A DNA stretch of 64,000 bases from Candidatus Adlerbacteria bacterium (GCA_903851045.1 CAINNF010000015.1:32644-96643); one strand, 5' to 3'; numbered from the stretch's first letter, positions 38,844-48,794 are shown. The notes: generated from the sequence alone by a model not told the origin. Numbers and translations: made by a program.

Positions 38844-39104
38844 TTACTGCTGGCCCTCCTTTGGGCGCGCGTAGTCCACTTTGAGCATACGACCTCCGAA
38901 CTCCTTGCCATTCCACATAGCAATTGCGCTCTCAGCCGAAGCCTCATCTGCCATCTCGACGAAGCCGAATCCGCGAGACTCGCGGGTCTCACGATCCATA
39001 ACGATGGATGCGGAGACGACCTCACCTGCCTTGGCAAATGCATCGTGGAGTTCATCCTTCGTGGTCTTCCACGGGATGCCACCTACGAACAACTTTTGTA
39101 CCAT
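38844..39104 (-). CDS. RRM-domain RNA-binding protein
   Basis: RNP-2 LFVGGI and RNP-1 RGFGFVEM motifs. Confidence 0.8.
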   Translation of the reverse strand: MVQKLFVGGIPWKTTKDELHDAFAKAGEVVSASIVMDRETRESRGFGFVEMADEASAESAIAMWNGKEFGGRMLKVDYARPKEGQQ

Positions 39105-39250
39105 AGTACTGTACTTTGTTTGTTTAATTGGGTATAAACCCGTTCTTCCGTAAGGCGACCTCCCCTCTCACCGCACTGCGGACGCTGGAGAACTTACATC
39201 TAGAACACCGCCAGCATAGCACACTGGCTCATAAAATGCAAGCCGCTTCG

Positions 39251-39988
39251 TTAGTCTGCCAAAAGGCGTGCGAAGACGACGAGTCGCTTGTCGAACGAGT
39301 GCGCTTTCGCGTCCCAGTCGCCCGCGCACGTGATAAGGACCACTCCAGAGGCGGTAGCGTTGGAGAAGATATCGCCAAGCGGCGCGCCCTGGTCACTGTA
39401 GTCCTCGATGTCCTGTACGACATACGTCAGCGAGTTACCGCTCCCATCCGTCACGATGATACGGTCGTTCAAACTCACATCGGCGAGATGTTCGAACACT
39501 CCCGCTTTGGTGAGCGCATTGTTCACGTGCCCCGCAAACACCGCGTTGCCAGTATCACCCGGTTTGGTGCCGAGCGCATACCATGCAACATCCATAAAAT
39601 TCTTCGGCGTCGCCATGGCACCGCTTGCGGTATTGCCCACCTGTTCGACGGTTGCATCCACACCGATAGAGGGGATGCTGAGCTTCACAGGGGTGATGGC
39701 GGGTGCGCTTAGGCGCAAGCTCGGTGTCACGGAGACGCTTGCACTGTGCGAACTTCCTGGAGGTGTCGCGCCAGCGAACAGGTCGGTCGGATCTATTCCC
39801 ACCTGCGGCAGCCGCATACATATATCGTGTGCGCCATAGAACACTACCAAGGCACCGACCACACCGAAGAACACGCGCACGTATACCGAGCGCGTGTTGG
39901 TCGACGACACACTATACGATGGCAGCGAAAGTTTTTCGGACATAGGGAGCGACGAAGATACCCACAGCGATGAGTACCACGAGGGCAA
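39251..39988 (-). CDS. Sortase (class F-like); start uncertain (39988 or 39943)
   Basis: N-terminal TM anchor, LSIPSIGVDATV, the AGHV catalytic His region, and the LITCAG catalytic Cys. Confidence 0.75.
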   Translation of the reverse strand: MPSWYSSLWVSSSLPMSEKLSLPSYSVSSTNTRSVYVRVFFGVVGALVVFYGAHDICMRLPQVGIDPTDLFAGATPPGSSHSASVSVTPSLRLSAPAITPVKLSIPSIGVDATVEQVGNTASGAMATPKNFMDVAWYALGTKPGDTGNAVFAGHVNNALTKAGVFEHLADVSLNDRIIVTDGSGNSLTYVVQDIEDYSDQGAPLGDIFSNATASGVVLITCAGDWDAKAHSFDKRLVVFARLLAD

Positions 39989-40812
39989 ACGCGATCTGCG
40001 TTGCGCTTAACGGCTCGAAGCCGGTGTTCGGGAGCGCCGGAATGTACGTCGCGGTCAGCGCGGTCGCTGGCTGCTCGACCGAGATGACAGGAAGCACTGA
40101 CGAGGGGACAGTGTACGAGACGGGACCAAGGGCGGCGACCACATTGACGGTACAGGTCGCCGTTTGCGTACCCGAGGTCACGTTGACGGTTTGCACTCCC
40201 GAAACGCGCGGAGTCGAGTTGAACGCGGCACCTATCGCCGGGTATGTGGCATCGGGGGTAGACCAACTATACGGTGCGGAGCCTCCGACCGCGGTCAACG
40301 AGACCGACTGCCCAAGCACCACCGTCTGGTAGGCAGGCAAACAGGTAAGCACGCTGTTCGTGTATGGATACGAATAGGGGTACGGCTGCGGAGCATTGTA
40401 GTACGCGGTCGAAGCACTCTCGGTGATGACACAGGTCGCTTCTTGGCCTTGGGTGACGGTACCGGTACAACCGATCGAGTAGGTCGGGTTAAAGCCCTGT
40501 ATTTGAGCCACCTGGACCGAGTAGCTACCCGCGAGCGTGACGCTGACGCCGGACTGAGACCCAGGGAACGACGATATCGAAGGATTCTGGGCCTGGACCG
40601 ACACGGTAAAATCGGATGGCTGGCGCGTGTAGGAATACGTCGGATTATTGTTCACCAACATGTACACATGGAGCACTCCCGGATTGCAGGAGTTGTTCGA
40701 ATACCACGAGCCACAAGGGGTATACACCTGAGCGAACGAAAGCGCAGGCACAGCAACGAGGGCTACAATGAGCGCGAACACGGTCTTTCGCCCAAAAAGT
40801 GGAAGTTTCATG
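39912..40812 (-). CDS. Secreted surface protein with a C-terminal LPNTG sorting signal (putative sortase substrate)
   Basis: Signal peptide MKLPLFGRKTVFALIVALVAVPALSFA. The C-terminus reads ...ALPNTGFEPLSATQIAFALVVLIAVGIFVAPYVRKTF (motif, TM helix, basic tail). Confidence 0.6.
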
Positions 40813-40885
40813 ATGTGTTTAGTTAGTGAATAAGGCGCGAATAACTTCCGCCGTAACATACCACCTTTTTAGAATATTGCAAGGT

Positions 40886-41161
40886 CTAGAATCCGAGCGA
40901 GCCCGGCGAGCCTATCCCCTGGCTAGCTAAGAACGCTGGCACAAAGAGGGGTATGAGCAGGAGCGGAATGACGATAACCGCCGCTGTGATGATACCCGTC
41001 CACAACATGATCTTTCGCGTCTTCTCAGCCGACGCGAACGTCGCATCGATCTTCTTCTCTATCGCCTCCAACCGCGCCTCCAAACCTTCGACATTCTCCA
41101 TGCCTCTAGTGTACACCAAACTCTGTATCGATGACACGGGAGTCTCTGTGCCAGTTGACAA
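40886..41161 (-). CDS. Hypothetical small membrane protein
   Basis: TTG start. One TM helix. Weak support. Confidence 0.3.
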   Translation of the reverse strand: MSTGTETPVSSIQSLVYTRGMENVEGLEARLEAIEKKIDATFASAEKTRKIMLWTGIITAAVIVIPLLLIPLFVPAFLASQGIGSPGSLGF

Positions 41162-41205
41162 CCAGCCTCACCCGAGTATAATGTTTAGGTTAACTAAGTA
41201 TTAGT

Positions 41206-41616
41206 ATGTCAAACAAACGAACCGAGGCGTTCTCTCGACTGTTCGCGCTCGGCAAGCTCATTCGCTCCCAGGTGGACGCGAGCGGGTCGCTGCCGATGGC
41301 TCAGCTAGAGACCTTGCGCTTTATCATCGAGCACCAGTCCCCGACCATGCACGCAGTGGCCGAGTACCACCGTATCACCGCTCCGTCGGCCACGACCCAT
41401 GTGCAAGAGCTGGTGCGACTGAAATATGTGAAGCGCATCAGCGACACGAAGGACCGCCGGCAGGTTCGACTGGCTATCACGCCGCTGGGTGCACGTACCT
41501 ACACCAAAGCGATCGCCGAGCGAAAGCAGGTCATCGAAGCATTGTTCACCCACCTCACCGACCAAGATCTCGACACCTTTAATAGAATTCTCGATACCAT
41601 CATCGCCAAACACTAG
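41206..41616 (+). CDS. MarR family transcriptional regulator
   Basis: A winged helix of MarR type (LPMAQLETLRFIIEHQSPTMHAVAEYHRITAPSATTHVQELVRLKYVKRISDTKDRRQVRLAITPLG). Confidence 0.8.
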   Translation: MSNKRTEAFSRLFALGKLIRSQVDASGSLPMAQLETLRFIIEHQSPTMHAVAEYHRITAPSATTHVQELVRLKYVKRISDTKDRRQVRLAITPLGARTYTKAIAERKQVIEALFTHLTDQDLDTFNRILDTIIAKH

Positions 41617-41617
41617 T

Positions 41618-43198
41618 ATGCAGAACAAATCATTCCTCAGTCGTGAAGTGCTCGCTCACCCCCTCTCGTTCATCTCGTTTGGGGTGGTGGGACTTATCGC
41701 CGTTGGCGGGTTTGTATATTATGCGCTTGCCACACGTACACCCAACCAGTCGTGGGTCTCGCCCATCGTCAGACCCATCGTCGAAACGGTGACCGCCAGC
41801 GGTACCGTCGAACCTGCGCAGAATCCGAACCTCGCGTTCCAAAGCGGTGGTAAGGTCGCCGTGGTCAATGTGTCCGTCGGTCAGACCGTGTCGCAAGGGC
41901 AACGACTCGCTTCGCTCGACCTCAGTGCCCTGAGCGCCGCACGTGCGCAAGCGGTCGCGAACCTCAACGCGCAAAAAGCGCAGCTCGCGCAGCTCCAGGT
42001 CGGTCCTCGTACGGTCGACGTCACCGCCAAGCAGACCACGGTCGACCAAGCGAACGCCACGCTCACGAATCTCTACTCGAGCATCCCGGCGAACATCGCA
42101 CAGGCATACGACAAGTCCTTCAGCGGCGTCTCGGGTGCGACCGATGTGCTGTTTAGCCAGCCGAACACGACGAACCCGACGCTCGCCTTCTCGACCACGA
42201 ACAGTCAAACGGCGGTCGATGCGACGACCGCGCGCACAACCGTGAACACCGAACTCGCGACATGGGAGCATGAAACGAACACGCTTACCAATGCGAGCAC
42301 GCCACAAACGATCGAGGAGGCATTGGCACGCTCGATCACCCACCTCAGTGTCGTGCGCTCATATTGCGACACGCTCCTCAAGGCGCTGAGCAGCGCGACT
42401 CCGTCCGGCGCACTGAGCCAAAGTACGCTTACCGCCGCCCAGACGTCGGTCGGCGGACTACGCGACTCGGTGAACGGACAGATACTCTCGCTCCAAAGCC
42501 TGCAACAGCAGCTCACATCGTCGAAGCTTGCCGTGCGATCGGCAACGGATGCATTGAACCAGGTCACTGCCGGTGCGACCCCTGAAGCTATCGCGGCACA
42601 GCAAGCACAGGTGGCAGCGGCACAAGCGAACGTCGAGAACGTCGATGCCCAGATCGCGAACAGCACCGTCGTCGCACCGTTCACTGGCACTGTGACCAGT
42701 GTCGCCGTGAAGAGCGGCCAGATCGTCGGCCCGAACACGGTCGCCGTGTCTCTGACTCCCGAAAGTACGCTCCAAGTGGAAGTGTATGTGAGCGAGATAG
42801 ATATGGCGAAACTGAGCGTTGGTGCCAGTGCGGATGTCACGCTCGACGCCTATGGATCATCGCGCATCTTCCCCGCACACATCGTCACCATCGACCACTC
42901 GCGCTCGACCGCCAACGGTACGTCCGCATACAAAGTGACGCTCCAGTTCGCAAGCAATGACCCCGCGATAGCGACCGGTATGACAGCCAACGCGTCAATC
43001 CTTGCCGCGAGCAAGACTGGTGCGCTCACACTCCCCCGCAGTGCGATCATCGAGAACGGCACCAACACGTTCGTCCTCGTCTCGAGCGGCTCGGGTACGA
43101 CACAAAGACCAGTGACGCTCGGCATCGTCGGTACGAGTACCGTCGAGATCGTCTCGGGTGTCACGGCAGATGATAAGGTACTTATGCAAACGAACTAA
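41618..43198 (+). CDS. Efflux transporter periplasmic adaptor (HlyD/membrane-fusion family) with a long coiled coil
   Basis: N-terminal TM helix, lipoyl/beta-barrel-like segments (VVAPFTGTVTSVAVKSGQIV), and about 250 aa of Ala/Gln-rich coiled coil. Confidence 0.7.
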   Translation: MQNKSFLSREVLAHPLSFISFGVVGLIAVGGFVYYALATRTPNQSWVSPIVRPIVETVTASGTVEPAQNPNLAFQSGGKVAVVNVSVGQTVSQGQRLASLDLSALSAARAQAVANLNAQKAQLAQLQVGPRTVDVTAKQTTVDQANATLTNLYSSIPANIAQAYDKSFSGVSGATDVLFSQPNTTNPTLAFSTTNSQTAVDATTARTTVNTELATWEHETNTLTNASTPQTIEEALARSITHLSVVRSYCDTLLKALSSATPSGALSQSTLTAAQTSVGGLRDSVNGQILSLQSLQQQLTSSKLAVRSATDALNQVTAGATPEAIAAQQAQVAAAQANVENVDAQIANSTVVAPFTGTVTSVAVKSGQIVGPNTVAVSLTPESTLQVEVYVSEIDMAKLSVGASADVTLDAYGSSRIFPAHIVTIDHSRSTANGTSAYKVTLQFASNDPAIATGMTANASILAASKTGALTLPRSAIIENGTNTFVLVSSGSGTTQRPVTLGIVGTSTVEIVSGVTADDKVLMQTN

Positions 43199-43199
43199 C

Positions 43200-43844
43200 A
43201 TGACCACACACACTCCAGAAACGAAGAAAGGTCTCGATCGACGCGTACTGATACTTGCCGCGTTCATGATAGTGGTCGTCGGCGGTGCACTCGCCGCGCT
43301 CGCATACGTCGCCGTAAGCAGCAAGACCGTCTATATCGACAAGGCACAGATTACCGCCCCTACCGTGAACCTGGGGCCAACGAACCCAGGCACACTCACT
43401 GCGGTGTACGTCTCCGTGAACGACGTCCTACCACCAAACACCGTCGTCGCACAGGTCGGCACCGAACTTATCAAGTCATTGAACGGGGGGCTGGTCATAT
43501 CGGTGAACAACAATATCGGTAAAAGTATCGCGGCGAACGACACGGTCGTGACGGTCATCGACCCGACACAACTGCGTGTCGTCGGCCAAGTACAAGAAGA
43601 TAAGGGTTTGGTGGACATCAAGCCTGGACAGCGTGCGGTCTTTACCGTGGACGCGTTCGGGGGCGAGCAGTTCAGCGGCATCGTCGACGAGATCGCGCCG
43701 ACCGCCGAGAGTAGCGACGTCGTTTTCTCGGTCTCCGACCAGCGACAAGAACAGAACTTCGATGTGAAGATCCGTTTCGACCAGACCACACATCCCGAGC
43801 TCAAGAACGGCATGTCCGCGAAGGTGTGGGTGTACAAACAGTAA
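43200..43844 (+). CDS. Second, short HlyD-family adaptor-like protein (214 aa)
   Basis: The ATG lies 1 nt after the upstream stop. One TM helix plus biotinyl-lipoyl-like beta segments (VVGQVQEDKGLVDIKPGQRAVFTVDAFGGEQFSGIVDEI). Confidence 0.55.
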   Translation: MTTHTPETKKGLDRRVLILAAFMIVVVGGALAALAYVAVSSKTVYIDKAQITAPTVNLGPTNPGTLTAVYVSVNDVLPPNTVVAQVGTELIKSLNGGLVISVNNNIGKSIAANDTVVTVIDPTQLRVVGQVQEDKGLVDIKPGQRAVFTVDAFGGEQFSGIVDEIAPTAESSDVVFSVSDQRQEQNFDVKIRFDQTTHPELKNGMSAKVWVYKQ

Positions 43845-43851
43845 CACTCGA

Positions 43852-43960
43852 ACGCAAGAAACACTCTTTAAAAAGTCCAGGCGGGGGCGCGCCGCTTTTT
43901 AAGGAGCGAAGCGACTATAAAAAGTGGGGCTAAGGACTTTTTAAAGAGTGTTTCTTGCGT
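43852..43960. repeat. Perfect 27-bp inverted repeat pair (43852-43878 and 43934-43960) flanking a 55-bp spacer; MITE-like or large RNA hairpin
   Basis: CGCAAGAAACACTCTTTAAAAAGTCC and its exact reverse complement, extended by one A-T pair. The spacer contains GGCGCGCC and a T-run. The right arm ends 12 nt before the MFS ATG. Confidence 0.6.
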
Positions 43961-43972
43961 GAGTTACAGATT

Positions 43973-45460
43973 ATGACCGAAACCATAAAAGAAAACTCAA
44001 AGTGGCTCGTGCTCTTCACCGTGATGGTGGGGACGTTTTTAGGTCGTCTTGACCAGACAATAGTCAACCTCGCGCTCCCCAAGATAATCAACGACTTCTC
44101 TATCACCGTCTCTGCCGCGGGCTGGATAGCGACCGCCTATATCCTTGCCAACGCCGTGTTCGTCCCCGTGTGGGGCAAGCTCGGCGACACCGTGGGACGC
44201 AAGAAGGTGTATCTGCTGGGCTTCGGTATCTTCATCGTCGGCTCCGCGCTCGCAGGGTTCGCGTGGAACCTCAGCAGTATGATCGTCTTTCGCATCATCC
44301 AAGCGATCGCCAGCTCCGCCGACTACCCGACCGCCATGGCCATACTCGCCTTCACCTTCAAAGAAGGGCGTGAGCGTGCGCAGGCACTTGGCATCTGGTC
44401 GTCGGTGTTCGCTGCTTCGGCCGTCGTTGGTCCGTTGCTTGGTGGCCCGCTCATCGACACCCTTGGGTGGCGCTGGGTCTTTTTCATCAACATCCCGGTC
44501 GGCATCTTTGGCCTCCTGTTGGCGCTTATCGTCGTGCCAGAATCCAAGGGTCGCGACGCACACTCCTTCGACTGGTGGGGCGCAGGAACGCTCGGTGCGG
44601 CGCTTTCGGCGCTCGTACTCGTGCTCGACCAGGGCACCTCGTGGGGTTGGCTGTCGCAGGATAGCTTGCTCTGTTACGCAAGTGTCATCCTGTTCACAAG
44701 TATCTTCTATCACATCGAGAAGCATCATCGCGAACCGATCGTCGACCTCAAATTCTTTCAGAACGCGATATTCGTCAATACACTATTCAACAACTTCATC
44801 GTCTTCATGGGGCTGATGGGGAGCGTCTTCCTCATCCCCATCTTCGCTCAGACCTTCCTCGGCTATGACGCGACGCAGACCGGATACCTCTTCATACCGA
44901 TGGCGGTGGCGCTCATGTTCGCCTCGCCGTTGGGAGGTGCGCTCACGGGCCGCATCAAAGCGAAATATATCATCGCAACCTCGACCGCGGTCGCCGCACT
45001 CGGACTCTTCCTCTTTTCGTACTTCATCGACGTGCGAGCGACCGCGGTCGATATCATGTTCCCGCTGTTCGTGATGGCATTCGGACTAGGCTTCGGGATG
45101 GCACAGCGTACCGCCGCCGTCGCGGCGGCGGTGCCACAGCACGAGATTGGTGTCGCCTCTTCCATCCTCGCGCTGGCACGCAACATCGCTGGCGCCTTTG
45201 GTATAGCCCTTTTCGGTACCATCCTCAACAGCGCCACGAAACACAATGTCCTTACGATTGCAAGCAACTCGCACCTCTACGCGCACACCGCGGTCGCCAC
45301 ACAGACCTACATCGGTCTTATAGAGCTCAAGGCCCAGGTCGATGCATACCACACCATCTTCCTCGTTGGCATGAGCATCTTATTGACCGCAGCGATCATC
45401 GCCCTCCTGTTCGACATACCCGAGAAGAAACTCAAAGAGCCAATAGTAATCGAGGGATAG
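43973..45460 (+). CDS. MFS transporter, DHA2 family (14-TM, EmrB/QacA-like)
   Basis: Classic DHA2 N-terminus (LVLFTVMVGTFLGRLDQTIVNLALPKI...) and G-x-x-x-D-R/K motifs. About 14 TM helices. Confidence 0.8.
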   Translation: MTETIKENSKWLVLFTVMVGTFLGRLDQTIVNLALPKIINDFSITVSAAGWIATAYILANAVFVPVWGKLGDTVGRKKVYLLGFGIFIVGSALAGFAWNLSSMIVFRIIQAIASSADYPTAMAILAFTFKEGRERAQALGIWSSVFAASAVVGPLLGGPLIDTLGWRWVFFINIPVGIFGLLLALIVVPESKGRDAHSFDWWGAGTLGAALSALVLVLDQGTSWGWLSQDSLLCYASVILFTSIFYHIEKHHREPIVDLKFFQNAIFVNTLFNNFIVFMGLMGSVFLIPIFAQTFLGYDATQTGYLFIPMAVALMFASPLGGALTGRIKAKYIIATSTAVAALGLFLFSYFIDVRATAVDIMFPLFVMAFGLGFGMAQRTAAVAAAVPQHEIGVASSILALARNIAGAFGIALFGTILNSATKHNVLTIASNSHLYAHTAVATQTYIGLIELKAQVDAYHTIFLVGMSILLTAAIIALLFDIPEKKLKEPIVIEG

Positions 45461-45551
45461 ACGGCGCGAAATGTCACTATATGAATAAGCGGTCACCCTG
45501 CTACAGGCGACCGCATTGCCGACGAAAGAGGCACTGTGTTAGCCAATCCGA

Positions 45552-45944
45552 CTATGGGGCTTCCTGGTACCAATCACGAACCTTAACAATTCGCCTGATT
45601 GGTCTTATGTGTCTTCCGTTGTAATAGTTGAGCTCACATACATAATACTCCCTATCAAGACGACCCACTCGGTCACCGTAGTGTGTAAAAACATGGTCAG
45701 GAATGCTTCGATCATCCATGTTTTCAATTGACATCTGATTTCCTCCAGCATCGTAGAATCGTTCGATGCGCACCAGACCCCTTGCCAGTTCTCTGGAGAA
45801 GACGGCATAAATTGCCGAGGCAACTGCAGCAGCATTGTGCGAGCCCAGAGATACAACAACATATCCACACCTCCCCATCAAAGTAGGCAGACGATATACC
45901 GACTCAGGGTAACCGTCGACCATAACCTCCTCCACCTGCTCCAT
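45552..45944 (-). CDS. Hypothetical protein (130 aa)
   Basis: AAAAGGA SD 9 nt upstream of the ATG. No family recognised. Confidence 0.45.
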   Translation of the reverse strand: MEQVEEVMVDGYPESVYRLPTLMGRCGYVVVSLGSHNAAAVASAIYAVFSRELARGLVRIERFYDAGGNQMSIENMDDRSIPDHVFTHYGDRVGRLDREYYVCELNYYNGRHIRPIRRIVKVRDWYQEAP

Positions 45945-45991
45945 ATTTTCTATCCTTTTGTTTGATGCGAGGCCAAACCCCCACATGCGGT

Positions 45992-46633
45992 TCAGACGGT
46001 TGGCTGGGACAGGTCGAGGACGGCAGTAAAAGATTTACGATTTCCTATTGGAGACAAGCCCCAATCCCACCTGTTTTGATCGACGTACATACTCAAGAAG
46101 CCAACATGGCGAGAGAGGTCTATGATTGCTGTCCTTTCGAACAGTATAATTCCTCCATCATCGTTGCCATGGGGTCGAATCGGGTTAGTCACGAACGGCA
46201 TTTCAAGCAACTTATTCCTGTTGCGCCAGAGCCATAGGAAATCTCTCAGACCAAGAAGGACAATCCCTGCTTCTTTTGCACAGGAACTCTCTCGACCACT
46301 CTGAATGAGTCGCATATTCCGATAGTTCCCTTCATTAAGCAGCTGAGGGATCTCGTCGTCGGAGATAATGCTCCACCCATTGCGAACCCATGTTATCGGG
46401 TCAGTATGTCGCTCATTCGTGAGGTCAAAATCCGGCTCCGGATCGAGCCCGAGACTAGCGCGGAACACCTCTGGAGATGGCAACGCCCTACCACCTGCAA
46501 TTGCCTCAGCAAGTGTGGAGACGTATGCATGGAGTTGCACCATTTGCGCATCCGCCAAATCATGTCGAGCAACAGCGCTCAGCAGGGGCTCACCACGATG
46601 CCAGCCTGTCACACGAGTATTGTTCACGTCCAC
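45992..46633 (-). CDS. Hypothetical protein (213 aa)
   Basis: GTG start near AAAGGAG. No family recognised. Confidence 0.45.
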   Translation of the reverse strand: MDVNNTRVTGWHRGEPLLSAVARHDLADAQMVQLHAYVSTLAEAIAGGRALPSPEVFRASLGLDPEPDFDLTNERHTDPITWVRNGWSIISDDEIPQLLNEGNYRNMRLIQSGRESSCAKEAGIVLLGLRDFLWLWRNRNKLLEMPFVTNPIRPHGNDDGGIILFERTAIIDLSRHVGFLSMYVDQNRWDWGLSPIGNRKSFTAVLDLSQPTV

Positions 46634-46754
46634 GACTCCTTTGCCTTTGGTTTACGTTTTGATGCGAGACGCACTGCGCGCCATCGCTGCATCTGTCATT
46701 AGCATAGCGAAGTTGCAGTGGATAGCCATATGTGTTTATATTAATTCATAAACT

Positions 46755-47528
46755 ATGTCAGCAATTACCAGCACACTCACTGCTATCGGGCTCTCTGCAA
46801 AAGAGGCGGCGCTCTACGAAGCGGGGCTCAAAAATGGCGAGAGCGACGTACCAACGCTCGCGCGCTTGCTCGGCATGAACCGCGCGACAGTCTATCACCA
46901 CCTACACACACTTGAGCGTCACGGACTCCTCTACAAACGTATTGAAAACGGGCGCATGGTCGTCACCATGGCTCGCGAAGAAGGATTACGCGCATTATTC
47001 GCCTACGAAGAGCACGCGTTGCAAGAGCACAAGGAGCGCTTGGAGACACTGCTCCATAAGTTACCAAAAGCAACCCGAGTTGCAGCTCGCCCCGACGTGC
47101 AGTACTTCTCGGGGCTGGAGGGTATTCGCATGGCGCTGGAGATCGCCTTTCGCACCAAGACCAAACACTGGGACATTATCGCGCCAAAGAAAAACTTTTT
47201 CTCGGACATCGACGAGGAGTATGCGGCATACTACCTCTCGGAGCGAAAGCGCCGAAAGATCACCTCACGCTCGCTGTGGGAAAAAACCTTCGAGAATATT
47301 CGCCTGAACCAAGACGTGATACGCGAGCGACAGCCGCGCTACCTACCCAAAGAGCACCTCATCCCCTTTCGCTCAGTGCTCATCCTGTTCGACACTCGCG
47401 CACTGTTCATCTCGTCAACCAATGAGATGCAGGCGGTACTTATCAACTCGTCGGACATCCACTCGACACTGCAGATGCAGTTCTCGGTTTTGTGGTACCT
47501 CTCCGAACCATATTCGTCATCAACATGA
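46755..47528 (+). CDS. TrmB-family transcriptional regulator
   Basis: N-terminal TrmB-type wHTH (LSAKEAALYEAGLKNGESDVPTLARLLGMNRATVYHHLHTLERHGLL) plus the TrmB C-terminal domain. Confidence 0.7.
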   Translation: MSAITSTLTAIGLSAKEAALYEAGLKNGESDVPTLARLLGMNRATVYHHLHTLERHGLLYKRIENGRMVVTMAREEGLRALFAYEEHALQEHKERLETLLHKLPKATRVAARPDVQYFSGLEGIRMALEIAFRTKTKHWDIIAPKKNFFSDIDEEYAAYYLSERKRRKITSRSLWEKTFENIRLNQDVIRERQPRYLPKEHLIPFRSVLILFDTRALFISSTNEMQAVLINSSDIHSTLQMQFSVLWYLSEPYSSST

Positions 47529-47541
47529 GTGCTGATATACA

Positions 47542-47575
47542 TAAAAACACCCCGTGCTTGTGGGGTGTTTTTTAT
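47542..47575. terminator. Bidirectional rho-independent terminator
   Basis: AAAAACACCCC-gtgcttg-GGGGTGTTTTTT. Confidence 0.65.
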
Positions 47576-47588
47576 ATGTGACCCTGGT

Positions 47589-48452
47589 CTACTGTGTGGT
47601 CGTAGTGGTCGACGGAGCGGTCGAACTTGCGGAGACCGTCGGTGTCGGAAGAGACTTGAGACCTTTTACAATAGTATCGGCATCCTTACGCGCCGCAAGA
47701 AGGTCCTTCTGCGCGGCGAGGAGGTCGGCGCGCGCGGTCTTCATCGCAGCGGCGTTCTGCGCTTGCTTGGTCGCGTCCCCGTTGTCGGGAGAGAGGCCTG
47801 CGCTCACCGAGACCGATGCCTGTGACTGCGCGCTCGCATCACTCAGTTTACTGCTCATGTCGGTCAACGCCACCAGGAGCTTGCTCACATCCGCTCCTGC
47901 GCTCTGGGCTGCGGACACACGTGCCTGGAGCTTCGCGCCGAGCTGGTTCATCATAGTGACCAGCGTGACCTCTCGGTCCGCTGATGCGGCGACGCGCGCC
48001 TGTGGGATGACAAGCATGTAGACACGGTACGAGTCAGTGATCATCTTCACATCGGCTTTAAGCGTCGTCATGTCCGTGTCAGTGTCAATCTTTGCCTTCA
48101 ATTGCGTGAGTCCAGTAATTTGATTACTGATGTTCGTCGTGAGCGTCTGTTTGAAGTTCGCGGTGACACGCTGCATAGCGTCGATGCGCGCTTGGAGGTC
48201 GTTGAGCGCTGAGATCCGTCGATCTATCTCCTTATCCGCCTTATCTATCGCTGTCTGCACTTTTGGCGTGACCGCTGCAGACGTTGGCCTCGGAGCAGAA
48301 GAAGGAGTCGCTGCCGACACCGCGGGCGGAGTCGCCGCATCGGGAGTAGGCATCGTGACGGTCTGAGCTGAAGCAAGGAGCGGCACAGCCATTGAAACGG
48401 TCATCGCTACTGCCGCAAGCATCGTATATTTCATGTGTGTATTCATGTTCAT
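47589..48452 (-). CDS. Secreted Ala/Thr-rich coiled-coil protein (hypothetical)
   Basis: Signal peptide, then long heptad-like, low-complexity A/T/Q-rich sequence. Confidence 0.5.
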   Translation of the reverse strand: MNMNTHMKYTMLAAVAMTVSMAVPLLASAQTVTMPTPDAATPPAVSAATPSSAPRPTSAAVTPKVQTAIDKADKEIDRRISALNDLQARIDAMQRVTANFKQTLTTNISNQITGLTQLKAKIDTDTDMTTLKADVKMITDSYRVYMLVIPQARVAASADREVTLVTMMNQLGAKLQARVSAAQSAGADVSKLLVALTDMSSKLSDASAQSQASVSVSAGLSPDNGDATKQAQNAAAMKTARADLLAAQKDLLAARKDADTIVKGLKSLPTPTVSASSTAPSTTTTTQ

Positions 48453-48464
48453 ATAACCTCTAGA

Positions 48465-48794
48465 TTAGTTAGCCTGCGGAAGCGGCTTATCGGTAATGGC
48501 TGCGTCGAGACTTGCACTATCGGTCGTGAGTCCCTGCAGCTGCGTGTCGATAGCTGCGGTATCCTGCACCAGAGCCGCATCGCTTGCATCCTTCGCATCG
48601 CTCATGCCGTTCATGTTGACTGGCTGCGGCGCGGGTGCAGCAGGAGGAGTCGTCGTGGCGACAGGAGGAGGCGTAACCGTGTTCGAAGCTGTCTTGGGGC
48701 CTGTGAGCGCTGTGATCCACCCACTGTACCAAAGGAGCCAACCACCACCCGCGACCACGATGAGCACTAGTATCCATTTAATTACACTAGACAT
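48465..48794 (-). CDS. Small membrane-anchored Pro/Thr-rich protein (hypothetical)
   Basis: One TM helix followed by a PT-rich linker. Confidence 0.4.
   Translation of the reverse strand: MSSVIKWILVLIVVAGGGWLLWYSGWITALTGPKTASNTVTPPPVATTTPPAAPAPQPVNMNGMSDAKDASDAALVQDTAAIDTQLQGLTTDSASLDAAITDKPLPQAN

Noticed and set aside
41630-42343. 237-aa minus-strand ORF antisense to the efflux adaptor gene
   Set aside because: Arg-rich antisense frame of the Ala/Gln-rich coiled-coil coding region.
44039-44728. 229-aa minus-strand ORF antisense to the DHA2 MFS gene
   Set aside because: The opposing strand encodes 14 clean TM helices. The antisense frame is charged low-complexity sequence.
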